DNA of 64,000 bases from a virus (taxonomy: Duplodnaviria; Caudoviricetes). A program made the position numbers and the translations under genes. Below the pieces are notes generated by a model. It did not search any database and was not told where the DNA came from. It saw only the letters and a program-made list of their open reading frames with translations. The stretch covers positions 1-64,000 of the IMG/VR virus record IMGVR_UViG_3300014205_000188. One strand, written 5' to 3'. Positions 1 through 9,084 of this stretch are shown piece after piece. Numbering within the stretch: the stretch's first letter is position 1; each line of letters starts with the position of its first letter.

Positions 1-2
1 AG

Positions 3-1454
3 GACACCGCCGAGCGGTTTCTAGCCCTTGTCACCCCTCACGTTCCTGACTGCATGTCTCACAAGCTCACGTTTGGGTTTCAGGGTCCTCACTATCAGGT
101 GCGGAAGAGGCTGACGGAGGAGGGACTCCGGGATGGGGTGGCAAAGGGCATCCCGATCTCACGCATGGGTCGTGACCTGGGTGTGAGTGGTTCCACCATT
201 CGCCGTAAGCTCCGTGAACTGGGGATTGAGTACTCCCCTGCTAAGGGTCGTCCCACATTGGTGACCCCTTGGCTGGGGAACCCCATGCCCCTTGTCATGG
301 AGCGGCCCTTGTTGCTTGGGGAGGAGGGCAACAAGATGTGTGGTCTGATCCAAGGGGGGATGACGGGTCAGGAGGTGGCGGATCTCTATGGGGTGCACAA
401 GGCCACGGTGTTTCGGCGGATCCGGGAGGCGGGTCACCCATCTCTCAAAACGGGGCCCAAGTCGAGTGGTCAGGATGCGGCATCACTTCTGCGCTTGAAG
501 TATCCTGACACCTCCTTGTGGGGGAGTCAGGACTTGGTGACAAAAGAGGCTTGGATCCAGGACGTTCAATCCCTTCTGGGAAAGGTGGTTTTCCCCTACC
601 CGGAGCGGGTGTCCGACCAGGTGAGGGACAAGAGGATGGCCTCTTTGCGTGCGAAAGAGGCTGTTCTTGACCTCTCCGTGCTGGGGCTGTCCTTGTGCTA
701 TTCGTTCTTCCCGAACCGCTACAGGGCCCACTACCTAGGCAAGCAATCGGCATTTGAGGCATGGCAGGACCCCAAGGCTATGCGTCGGGCAATCAGGTGG
801 CAGTTCAAGGTGGGTGACCCCGTGAGTCCACCCCGGGTGCTCAAGGCTGTTTGTGCTAACGCCCGGACGCCCTCGATTTTCCGTCCAGCTGTGGCAGCAG
901 CCTTGTACAAGAGGTTCTGCAAGCCGGGAGATGTGGTGTGGGATCCCTGTGCGGGGTTTGGTGGTCGACTGGTTGGTGCCGTGGCAGCAGGGGTCAAATA
1001 CGTTGGGACGGATGTGTCCCCTGAGACGGTAGATGGCAATCAGCGTATGGCTCATTGGCTTAGAGCGAAGGATGCTGAGATCCATCTATGTCCGGCGGAG
1101 GTGTTCAACCCACCTCCTGTTCAGATGGTGTTCACGTCACCTCCGTATTTTCACCAGGAGCAATACGTAGGTGGTGACCAGTCGTGGTCTGAGTACGGGA
1201 CCTTTGAGCATTGGCGGATGTCGTTCTTGCGCCCGGTCATTCAGCGTGGTGCAGATGCGTTGGTGTCGGGTGGCTATTGGGTGTTGAACATTGCCAACGT
1301 GAAGGACAAGGGGGTCTTGTATCCCTTGGTGGAGACGGCTCGTGAGGAGTTTCGGTTGGCTGGGTTGGGGGAGGTAGAGACGTTGATGATGCCCCTGTCG
1401 AACCTGAACCGGAAGTCAGGGGGCGAGCCGATCCTGGTGTGGAGGAAACAGTAG
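3..1454 (+). CDS. 5'-partial fusion: LAGLIDADG-endonuclease-like C-terminus + two HTH domains + amino-DNA methyltransferase (m4C/m6A type)
   Basis: Frame open from base 3 (DTAERFLALVTPHVPDCMSHKL, like the F..LI.PY..PSM.YKL end of LAGLIDADG_2). HTHs RDLGVSGSTIRRKL and ADLYGVHKATVFRRI. MTase motif I DPCAGFGGRL and motif IV TSPPY. Confidence 0.8.
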   Translation, partial: DTAERFLALVTPHVPDCMSHKLTFGFQGPHYQVRKRLTEEGLRDGVAKGIPISRMGRDLGVSGSTIRRKLRELGIEYSPAKGRPTLVTPWLGNPMPLVMERPLLLGEEGNKMCGLIQGGMTGQEVADLYGVHKATVFRRIREAGHPSLKTGPKSSGQDAASLLRLKYPDTSLWGSQDLVTKEAWIQDVQSLLGKVVFPYPERVSDQVRDKRMASLRAKEAVLDLSVLGLSLCYSFFPNRYRAHYLGKQSAFEAWQDPKAMRRAIRWQFKVGDPVSPPRVLKAVCANARTPSIFRPAVAAALYKRFCKPGDVVWDPCAGFGGRLVGAVAAGVKYVGTDVSPETVDGNQRMAHWLRAKDAEIHLCPAEVFNPPPVQMVFTSPPYFHQEQYVGGDQSWSEYGTFEHWRMSFLRPVIQRGADALVSGGYWVLNIANVKDKGVLYPLVETAREEFRLAGLGEVETLMMPLSNLNRKSGGEPILVWRKQ

Positions 1455-1510
1455 CCGTGAGAGGTGAAAAGGAGTAGACATGGGTGAAACCATGGACTCG
1501 AGGTGGTGGT

Positions 1511-2251
1511 ATGAAAAAGGGATGTGCTGACTTAGACCAGATTGAAAAATGGCTTGAGGAATTCGGATTCTCGGTCTATTCGAGGTCTGTGCCCCGACAT
1601 TGTGGGGGTGCCCCATCTCGTTTTGTAGAATGGTCCCTTGAAGAAGTGGACGAGGACTGGGAAACAGACACTGACGCTTTGTCAGAGGACGAGAGGGAGG
1701 CCGCATGGGAGTCGGACCGATCCGACCATCAGGTGGTGGCAATAGGTCCTCGTGATGTGGATGGCTTTGAACCCATAAGTCTTGACAACCTGGCAGATAT
1801 CGTCCTCCTTTTTAGTGGTTACCCCGAGCAAGCCTATCTGCGCACTCGTGATGACGTGGGTCAGTGGACTAGATGGCTGGAAGAGCAACGTCAGATGTAC
1901 TGGGCAAGTAGGGCCTACCTTTTTGTTTACCTCGATGAGTCCCGACTCAGGAAGTGGCCCGGAATGGACCTTTGGTACTGCCCCAACTGCAATTTTAACT
2001 TGGGTATCCCTCGAAATCATTTGGCACAAAAGGAAGCGAGGGATGTGATTCGACAGCACCTTTGTATGTCTGGTCCAGATCCAGAAGAGGACCCAAGGGA
2101 GGAACTTACCATTTATCTGTGTGAGGAGCTGGTCAAGAGGTATCGTGTTTTTAAGTCCAAAAACCCTACTGAGCATGAGGAGTCTGATTTTCAAGATTTT
2201 CTGCTTGAAGTATGTAGGGTTGATCCCACGGACCAGGTTTTCCAAGCCTAG
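1511..2251 (+). CDS. hypothetical acidic protein with CxxC motif
   Basis: Long ORF (track 1484-2251); ATG 1511 preceded by AGGTGG; YCPNC motif. Confidence 0.6.
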   Translation: MKKGCADLDQIEKWLEEFGFSVYSRSVPRHCGGAPSRFVEWSLEEVDEDWETDTDALSEDEREAAWESDRSDHQVVAIGPRDVDGFEPISLDNLADIVLLFSGYPEQAYLRTRDDVGQWTRWLEEQRQMYWASRAYLFVYLDESRLRKWPGMDLWYCPNCNFNLGIPRNHLAQKEARDVIRQHLCMSGPDPEEDPREELTIYLCEELVKRYRVFKSKNPTEHEESDFQDFLLEVCRVDPTDQVFQA

Positions 2252-2307
2252 CTAAAGTGCGGTGGTGGTGTTTCCTGTTTTGGGAGGAATCGTTTAAGAG
2301 TGCGATC

Positions 2308-2664
2308 ATGGTGAAGGCCCGCAGTGTGACTCTTGGCAAAGGAAAGGCAGTGAAAAAGTCTGGAGAGATTGAGAGTGGGGATATTGTCCGATATGACGGA
2401 AGGGAATGGGATGTGCAAGCGAGCTATGAGCGTGATGGCATCATGGTCTGTCGCCTTGAGGGCTTCTTCATTGAAGGGGGCACTCTCACACAAAGGGTGA
2501 TTTTTACTCCCGTACCACATAAAGATGTGGTCTATGTGGGAGCCTCCCGGTTCGTGCCCAGGGGGAATCTCCCCGAGAGTTACCTTGAGGGCAGTCGTCA
2601 GTATGCCGCTGACCACGACCAGGATGACGCATTGGACGCCATGTTAGAGAACCTGCGAAACTAG
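2308..2664 (+). CDS. hypothetical protein (SH3/KOW-like GDIV motif)
   Basis: ORF in co-directional run; IESGDIVRYDG. Confidence 0.55.
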   Translation: MVKARSVTLGKGKAVKKSGEIESGDIVRYDGREWDVQASYERDGIMVCRLEGFFIEGGTLTQRVIFTPVPHKDVVYVGASRFVPRGNLPESYLEGSRQYAADHDQDDALDAMLENLRN

Positions 2665-2680
2665 ACCAGAGGACAAGACG

Positions 2681-2833
2681 ATGATTGACGATCTTGAGAA
2701 AGCGAAGCTCTTGTTGACACAACAGGCGGCACAATACGCCGGAACGGAGAAATCCCCCACGGCTATCCCGATGCCCGGTGGCGGGTCCCTGGAGTTGATG
2801 CAAACCTATGCTCTGGGCATCCCCCTGCCCTAA
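2681..2833 (+). CDS. small hypothetical protein (50 aa)
   Basis: GAGG SD then ATG ATT GAC...TAA read directly; fills the gap between neighbours; not in the ORF track. Confidence 0.4.
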   Translation: MIDDLEKAKLLLTQQAAQYAGTEKSPTAIPMPGGGSLELMQTYALGIPLP

Positions 2834-3146
2834 GTGTGGGGGTGCCCTCAGTCGTCGGGCCATGTTGTTGACAGGCCCCTATTCGGGGAGGGTGTTTTGT
2901 GCGTCGTGCAACTTCTCGGAGGGCACGATGACTTTCCTAGGGAAGCAAATCTTCACGGTGCAGCCTATGCCCCAGGGATACCACCCAGAAGAGGTTGAAA
3001 TGGTCACTGATGAGAAGGCGTTAGCCATGCTGTTCCCTCCAATGTGTCCTGATTGTGATGGCCATGGATGTAAGCGGGGGTATCCCGAGGGCTCATGCAC
3101 CACATGTGACGGGTCAGGCATTCCTAAGTCTGGGACGAATGAGTAA
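2808..3146 (+). CDS. zinc-finger protein
   Basis: CPKC, CASC, CPDCDGHG and CTTCDGSG (DnaJ-like CxxCxGxG). Confidence 0.6.
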   Translation: MLWASPCPKCGGALSRRAMLLTGPYSGRVFCASCNFSEGTMTFLGKQIFTVQPMPQGYHPEEVEMVTDEKALAMLFPPMCPDCDGHGCKRGYPEGSCTTCDGSGIPKSGTNE

Positions 3147-3149
3147 CCC

Positions 3150-3515
3150 ATGCTGCCTCCTATAATCGCTTCCGAGGACCTCACACCGGCCATGGTGCCA
3201 GACCCGGACACTGCGGACACGTCAGCGATCTGGGTTTTCTTCCATAGTTTCGACGGCTACGGGCGTTGGGGTGGTGCACTGGAGGCACACCGAGCGGTCC
3301 AGGAGGCTGCTGAAATCGTTCATGCCCAGTACGAGTCGGGAGAAGTGCCAGAAGACGGGTTCGCACGCTGGCCTGAACCTGCTCTGGATCTCATTCGCAC
3401 GGACGCCTTCTTAGAACTGCGGGCTGACCGGCATATGGGACGAGAAGTCTCGTGGGATGCTATGAGACAGGTCCTTCGGCTTCTCCTTTGGACAATGGCT
3501 CAGAACCAAAAGTGA
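3150..3515 (+). CDS. hypothetical protein
   Basis: ORF abutting upstream stop. Confidence 0.55.
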   Translation: MLPPIIASEDLTPAMVPDPDTADTSAIWVFFHSFDGYGRWGGALEAHRAVQEAAEIVHAQYESGEVPEDGFARWPEPALDLIRTDAFLELRADRHMGREVSWDAMRQVLRLLLWTMAQNQK

Positions 3516-3534
3516 CTTCAACAGGAGCAAACAT

Positions 3535-4011
3535 ATGAGATACAAGACTCCATTTCTCACGGAGGCATGGGCGGTTCGAGAGCGGCCGTCCCTGTATGGC
3601 CTCACTGAAGAGGAGGTGGCACAGAAGTCGGATGCGGAACTGTTGGTTTTCACCGACGCCCTGGCCAAGGGGAGAAGGGCAGAGTGGGATCTTAAAGAGG
3701 ATGCCCGACTGTTGGCTTCCAAAGCTAAGGTTGAGATCACCGATGAGGAGGCGGTCAATGACATTTTTGGCCCCAACATGGGTCAACGGATACTTCGGGA
3801 CTGGGAAGCAGCCGCGGATGAGGATCTGTTTCGTGTACTGGCAGAGATTGCTAGTCAGGAGACACCACCAGCGAGTGATGAGAACAAGGACCCCGAACCA
3901 ACGGACAAGCCTCCTGCTGGTAGAATAGCATTCTACTGGGGTGGCCTGATCAGCTCCCGTCTCTGTGGGACAGAGACTACTCCACTGGAAGAAGGAAAAG
4001 AACATGAGTGA
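3535..4011 (+). CDS. hypothetical protein
   Basis: AGGAG SD, 158 aa. Confidence 0.65.
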   Translation: MRYKTPFLTEAWAVRERPSLYGLTEEEVAQKSDAELLVFTDALAKGRRAEWDLKEDARLLASKAKVEITDEEAVNDIFGPNMGQRILRDWEAAADEDLFRVLAEIASQETPPASDENKDPEPTDKPPAGRIAFYWGGLISSRLCGTETTPLEEGKEHE

Positions 4012-5488
4012 ACAACAAAGTCGAGCCCTACGTGCACACTGGCCCAAACTCGATTGGACCGAACATCATAAACCAAAGTACCTGGTATTCCGGGCACAAG
4101 CGTGGGGTGTGACAATTGAGGTGCAGTACCAAGTGTTTTTCAGGAGGTGGTCGCTACTCCTTGACCGCAATCTTCCTTTTGAGGAGATTTTGACAGCTGA
4201 AGCAAATTTCCTGGAAGACTTCTCTCTTTTCCTGGATGAGAAACGGGAGGATCCCTGTGTTCCTCAAGTATTTCGAGACTTCATCTCCGATATGTTGCAT
4301 CCGCAGTATGACGACAATCTTCTGATGTGTCTGTTGGACTTGTTGAGGGAGGACATTGGGGGTCTTGACCGGGTTCAAGTGGGTCAACGTCTGAGTGGCC
4401 TGAACTGGACCTCAAAAGAGGTGCTCTCTCGTCATGTGAATTCTCTCCTGGAGTTCTGTGCCGTAAGCAAGACTTATGCTGCAGGGCCCTCCCCCGTACC
4501 CTTGCCCTCTTGGCAGTCCTTGTGCCCTCCGAAGGAGGCACCAAAGGCACCCCAGACCCAGATGAACATCCTGGAGTTTGCTGAGCGAGCTGCTCTCACA
4601 CTGTATCCAGTGCAAAGGTTCATCCTGAAGTTGCTCTACGGGATCCCACTGGACAACACGACCAAGTTTCGGATGACCACCATGTTCACCAAGACTCAGT
4701 CTGCGGTTTGGGTGACCACGGAAGTTGAGTACTTGAACCTTCTGCACGAGCAAGGACGGTCAAACGTCAACTCCACGACGCTGCCTGAAGGTGGGTTCAC
4801 AGAGGTGACACTGTCTCTGGGACGCCGGACTGGCAAGAGTCTGTTGGCGAGTCTCATTTCAGCCTACGAGATGTACCTTCTGGTGCGAAAGGGCAACCCA
4901 CAGGCATACTACAAGCTGGACCCCGATCGTAGGATCTCAACCTTGGTGGTCAGTCCCAACAGGGGCAGTAGTGCCGTTGTTGCGGATAAGGCTGAGAGGA
5001 TAGCACGTCGAGCTATGCCTATCCTGACGGCGACAAGAACGGTCTCGCACTTGGATTTTCAGAGTCCCGAAGACCTTGATCGGTTTGGCTATGTTAAGCA
5101 TAATCCCAAGGCCAAGGGAACGTTGCGAGCCTCCTTCAAATCTTGTAAGGCTAAGGCGTTCCGTGGAGTAGGAAACATCACGATCATTTTGGATGAGGCC
5201 CCCCACTTTGAGGGTGATCTTGCTGAGACGATCTATGGGACTACCACCCAGACTCAGGAGGTTTTCACCTCCCCCGAGGGAAAGCCAGAGTACAAGTTCC
5301 TGATGTGGGGGACACCCTCGAAAGACGCCCCTTTCTTCAACCAGCGGTACAAGACGAACTTCAGTTCGCAAAAGGCTCTGTGCCTTCAGATCCCCACCTG
5401 GGAGATGAACCGTGCGCTGGGAGAAGAGTGGTTTTCTCAACTAGGCCCTGACAGTTTCCGCCATGAGTTTGGTGGTCAGCTTTACTAG
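4004..5488 (+). CDS. terminase large subunit-like ATPase lacking the nuclease domain
   Basis: LYPVQ adenine-binding motif, Walker A GRRTGKS, Walker B IILDEAPHF, motif III GTP, IPTWEMN...FRHEFG then stop. Confidence 0.75.
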   Translation: MSEQQSRALRAHWPKLDWTEHHKPKYLVFRAQAWGVTIEVQYQVFFRRWSLLLDRNLPFEEILTAEANFLEDFSLFLDEKREDPCVPQVFRDFISDMLHPQYDDNLLMCLLDLLREDIGGLDRVQVGQRLSGLNWTSKEVLSRHVNSLLEFCAVSKTYAAGPSPVPLPSWQSLCPPKEAPKAPQTQMNILEFAERAALTLYPVQRFILKLLYGIPLDNTTKFRMTTMFTKTQSAVWVTTEVEYLNLLHEQGRSNVNSTTLPEGGFTEVTLSLGRRTGKSLLASLISAYEMYLLVRKGNPQAYYKLDPDRRISTLVVSPNRGSSAVVADKAERIARRAMPILTATRTVSHLDFQSPEDLDRFGYVKHNPKAKGTLRASFKSCKAKAFRGVGNITIILDEAPHFEGDLAETIYGTTTQTQEVFTSPEGKPEYKFLMWGTPSKDAPFFNQRYKTNFSSQKALCLQIPTWEMNRALGEEWFSQLGPDSFRHEFGGQLY

Positions 5489-5547
5489 CTACCGTGTGCC
5501 AGACTCGGAGCATTGAATCCGAGTCTGGCACTTCCCTAGGAGTTTTC

Positions 5548-6267
5548 ATGTCCTATCGCATGCGTCCCTGTGTTCCCATTGGTCTAGGGGCCACCCCGGA
5601 TGTGGGTCTCTTTTTGGTTCAGACCAAAGAACCCAACATTTGGCGGGAGGTGTTTATCCCCCTGGACTGCCTTGAGTCCAGCGTGGCCCTTGTGATCCCA
5701 GACTCAGTACCCAAGACGCCCATGGCTGCCCTTTCCCAGTGGCAGGATAGAGAGGTGCTTGTCAGTACCACTGAGTATTCAATCCAGACCGAACTTGTGG
5801 GATTGACGGATCAGGAGAAGGCGGTTCTTTTTGCCGCTCTGTCAAGCCCACCCATGACGCCCAAGGAGTTGGACTCCTTGTTTCGGCTCCTCGGGTTCTC
5901 TACTTATAGTGTCACCCGGGGGTTGGGAGATTGCTTGCCAGCTCACACTTTCCCGCTGCGGAAAAAGAGAGGAGTGCACCATTCTTATTTCCTTTTTCAG
6001 GTGGCTCGAGGAAAACAACGTGAAGCTCGATCCCATGAGATTTCAGCGAAGACGGTCTCAAAGACTTTGTCTTTGGTGCGGGAACGCATCGGAACGGAGG
6101 AGCTTTCCCTTCCTGAGGTGTCTTCCACGGAGGGTTGCTACCCTATGGTGCGAGCTTTGATTGGTTGTGGTTTGCGGACACAGGTGCTCCAAAATCTGAA
6201 GCCCCTGTGCGGTCACGAGGGGCCGTGGTCACGGACCCTCGTTCAACTTGCCTTGACGGATGAGTGA
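5548..6267 (+). CDS. hypothetical protein
   Basis: AGGAG SD before ATG 5548. Confidence 0.6.
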   Translation: MSYRMRPCVPIGLGATPDVGLFLVQTKEPNIWREVFIPLDCLESSVALVIPDSVPKTPMAALSQWQDREVLVSTTEYSIQTELVGLTDQEKAVLFAALSSPPMTPKELDSLFRLLGFSTYSVTRGLGDCLPAHTFPLRKKRGVHHSYFLFQVARGKQREARSHEISAKTVSKTLSLVRERIGTEELSLPEVSSTEGCYPMVRALIGCGLRTQVLQNLKPLCGHEGPWSRTLVQLALTDE

Positions 6268-6279
6268 AGGAGACCCAGG

Positions 6280-6507
6280 ATGTGTGAGTCAAGCTGCCCT
6301 TTTGAAGTCGGTGATACCGTGCGCCTACAGTTGATTGTAGGGCCCCACATGGTGGTTACGAACCTTTGTCCCGACTTTGCCGAGGACAAAAAGATCCGGG
6401 TGACATGGTTCAACCGGGTGGGGGATGAGTATCATCTCCAGAGTCAGCTCCTCCATTGGGGGGCTTTGAGTCTTGTAAGGAAGCGGAATGAGAGCATGGA
6501 GGAGTGA
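6280..6507 (+). CDS. DUF2158/YodC-like small protein
   Basis: FEVGDTVRL...GPHMVV...VTWF pattern; AAGGAG SD. Confidence 0.65.
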   Translation: MCESSCPFEVGDTVRLQLIVGPHMVVTNLCPDFAEDKKIRVTWFNRVGDEYHLQSQLLHWGALSLVRKRNESMEE

Positions 6508-6514
6508 CCTCGTG

Positions 6515-6922
6515 TCACTCCTCCTCTTCTGAACTGCGGATGCGTTTCCAGAGTGCCGGATGACCCTTCTGCTCCTTGGGTTCTTCGGGCTCTGGTTTCG
6601 TCTTCTCTTTCCGAGCTCTCTCAGCCTGGATCCTGTCTAGTTTGTCCTTCAACCTTTTGTCATTGAGAGCCCTGTTGATTTCTTTTTCACTGGGCTCTTT
6701 TTTTTGCTCTTGCCACCATCCTTGAAATGGTTTGGGGAGAGCTTTTTCCGTTGGATTCTCCTTCAGATACGTTTTTTCAATCTCCTCTATTTTCTTTTTT
6801 GCGCGGTTTCCCAGCCACCAAAAGAAAGCCTCCTTCCGTAACAAAGGAACCAGAACTGCTCTCAGCTCTGGTTCCTCATGTGCCAGTTTAATGACCGCAT
6901 CTCTCAGGTCGAGCTCGTTCAT
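6515..6922 (-). CDS. Lys/Glu-rich probable virion head (internal) protein with PELR leader
   Basis: LRDAVIKLAHEEPELRAVLVPLLRKEA shared with the 22752 ORF; GGGGAG SD; late-type motif upstream. Confidence 0.6.
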   Translation of the reverse strand: MNELDLRDAVIKLAHEEPELRAVLVPLLRKEAFFWWLGNRAKKKIEEIEKTYLKENPTEKALPKPFQGWWQEQKKEPSEKEINRALNDKRLKDKLDRIQAERARKEKTKPEPEEPKEQKGHPALWKRIRSSEEEE

Positions 6923-6967
6923 AAATCTCTCCCCCTTTGTCCACGTTGAGAGACTCTTCATAGGGGA

Positions 6968-7567
6968 TCAAACGTCTCGCACGACCCCTGGGTGATTGTC
7001 CTGCAACCAGTACAGGGACACCCTAGCGGCCTCATCCGGGATCCCACCCCTTCGGATAGAGGGGACGGCAAGGTCCAGAAACTCAGCCGCATAGTCCTGA
7101 CCAGCTTGGTCAATGCCGTAGCTCTTCAGCAGCAGGGCATAGGACATGGGTGAGGACATGCTTCCTCTCAAACGATACTGCATGGTCATGCTGACCCGGT
7201 AGGCTTCTGCCTCATAGGCCGCCCGCCAGGCTTGACTGGCCAGGTAGTTGTACATGAAGGTGAAGCCACCCCCCTTGGCATCCAACTGAATGACATGCTG
7301 GTGCTCATGTGCCGCGATAGAGAGTTGGCTCTCCAGGCTGTGCAGGGGTGTGGGGACACCCGGGGTGAATGGCACATAGATGACACGACCTAGGGTCGTG
7401 GTGAATCTGGTCATGAAGGATTGCTTGTCCGTGATTTGGAGGAGGTCCAAGGTTTGGGCCACCACTTTCATGACCAAGCTTTTTTCTTTGGGTACGATCT
7501 CAGTTTGATAGGTCTGGCTGAGGAAGTCCCACAGTCCTTTGACCATCTCTGGTGTCACGGGGGTCAT
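6968..7567 (-). CDS. HExxH zinc metallopeptidase-like protein
   Basis: TTTLGRVIY...AAHEHQHVIQ...YEAEAY; GGAGG SD; ATGA overlap with upstream gene. Confidence 0.7.
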   Translation of the reverse strand: MTPVTPEMVKGLWDFLSQTYQTEIVPKEKSLVMKVVAQTLDLLQITDKQSFMTRFTTTLGRVIYVPFTPGVPTPLHSLESQLSIAAHEHQHVIQLDAKGGGFTFMYNYLASQAWRAAYEAEAYRVSMTMQYRLRGSMSSPMSYALLLKSYGIDQAGQDYAAEFLDLAVPSIRRGGIPDEAARVSLYWLQDNHPGVVRDV

Positions 7568-7806
7568 TGCAGCACCTCCATCGTATGGTGTTCCTGGATG
7601 CAATCCGAGGTTTCTAGGACACTCTCACAATGCCACATTGGTCCCATGGCACTACAGTCGAGTGCCACCCTCCATTTTAAGTCTGGGTCACACATCAGGA
7701 CCTTGTTCTCGGCACAGGTGGTTTGAAAAGGTGTGGGGCAGGGGTCTAAGGGTGTGACAGATTCACATCCAGCCATTAGTCCCATCAGTAGCAGAACAAA
7801 ACGCAT
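7564..7806 (-). CDS. small Cys-rich lipoprotein
   Basis: MRFVLLLMGLMAG-C lipobox, six further Cys, GGAGG SD. Confidence 0.7.
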   Translation of the reverse strand: MRFVLLLMGLMAGCESVTPLDPCPTPFQTTCAENKVLMCDPDLKWRVALDCSAMGPMWHCESVLETSDCIQEHHTMEVLQ

Positions 7807-7853
7807 TGGAAACCTCCTACCGTTAGAGTACCCGAAGTGTTCTGACTTTGTGG

Positions 7854-7986
7854 TTATAGGAAGTTGATGAGAGTTTATCCTCGATCGTAGTAAACTCCAT
7901 CTAACTCCCCAATGGGGATGCTGCTTATAGGAAGTTGCTGAGAGTTTATCCCCGATCATAGTAAACCCCATCTAACTCCCTATAAG
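7854..7986. repeat. tandem 56-bp imperfect direct repeat, each copy an imperfect palindrome
   Basis: 7854-7909 vs 7925-7980, 4 mismatches, period 71; internal GAGTTTA/TAAACTC and CTTATAGG/CCTATAAG inverted arms. Confidence 0.9.
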
Positions 7987-8048
7987 TCGCATCCGGTTTT
8001 GTCTTGATAGGAAGGATCTCGTGTGTCCCGTTTTTGTAGGAGTGCCCC

Positions 8049-8564
8049 ATGGAAGTCCCCCGCAATAGAGATTGTGTCGCTCTCTTCAAGGGTGACGCTT
8101 ACCCATGTGAGGTGGACACTGAGTTGGCCACGAATGGGTGGCTTGGTGGTCAAGGGGTTCAATGGATCTCAGACACAGGGGATCGTTTTAGGGTCACCAG
8201 ATCGGACGGACTGTACTCTGGTTTCCTCTTGAGTGGTTCCAACGAGTTGGGAGACCGATTCACGGGGCTGACTCAGAGCCAACCCATCTACCAGATTGCC
8301 ACCCTTTGTTCTGGTGGCTGGTTGATCATGACGGTGGCTTTCGAGAGATACACTTGGCTCTCTCGTCAGGGTGGCCCTTTAGTGGAGATCGTCTATCAAG
8401 AGAGTGATCGCTTGGTATTCTCCAATCGGGGTTGGTGGACCAAAGAAGATGAGTGGACACTCTCAGGGGACCCCCGAGGAGCTAACGAGTACTTCATCGC
8501 TTTCGTTGTTCAGCCACCAAAGGCGTCGAACAACTACTACATGACCGTCCAAACGAGCATCTGA
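8049..8564 (+). CDS. putative virion (capsid decoration-like) protein, paralog 1 of 3
   Basis: Shares RDCV..FKGD, GWxGxQxVxW, ERYTWLSRQGGPLV, SNRGWWTKEDE, NNYY..QTS with the next two genes. Confidence 0.6.
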   Translation: MEVPRNRDCVALFKGDAYPCEVDTELATNGWLGGQGVQWISDTGDRFRVTRSDGLYSGFLLSGSNELGDRFTGLTQSQPIYQIATLCSGGWLIMTVAFERYTWLSRQGGPLVEIVYQESDRLVFSNRGWWTKEDEWTLSGDPRGANEYFIAFVVQPPKASNNYYMTVQTSI

Positions 8565-8565
8565 C

Positions 8566-9084
8566 ATGCCAGAAATTCTACGCACTCGAGACTGTGTTGT
8601 CCATTTCAGGGGCGACACTTACCCAGTGGCGATCAGCGCTGCCATGATCCAAGGTGGTTGGCCCGGATGCCAAGCAGTCATGTGGACGGACTCACCCGAG
8701 GATGAGTTTGCAGTCACGTACTCGGACGGGATCTACGGTGGTTTCCTACTGTGGGGGTCGAATGAGACGGCAGACCAGTACCTGGGGATGTCGGGCAATC
8801 AGATCAAAGAGGGCTATGGTATTTTCTGTGCCGGAGGTTGGCTCCTGTCGACCACCACGTATGAAAAGTATACTTGGCTTTCTCGTCAGGGTGGTCCCTT
8901 GGTTCCGTTGGTGTACTCGGTAGGTGAGAGGCTCCGTTGGAGCAATCGGGGTTGGTGGACCAAGGAGGATGAGTGGACTTTGACCGCTGACCCTCGAGGG
9001 GCAAACAACTTTTTCACTGCCTATGTGGTGCAAGTGCCCCGGGCGGAGAACAACTACTACATGGTCCTTCAGACGAGCATCTAA
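8566..9084 (+). CDS. putative virion protein, paralog 2 of 3
   Basis: Same motif set, 172 aa. Confidence 0.6.
   Translation: MPEILRTRDCVVHFRGDTYPVAISAAMIQGGWPGCQAVMWTDSPEDEFAVTYSDGIYGGFLLWGSNETADQYLGMSGNQIKEGYGIFCAGGWLLSTTTYEKYTWLSRQGGPLVPLVYSVGERLRWSNRGWWTKEDEWTLTADPRGANNFFTAYVVQVPRAENNYYMVLQTSI

Noticed and set aside
7854-7980. CRISPR array
   Set aside because: Only two 56-bp copies with a 15-nt spacer; no cas genes in the window
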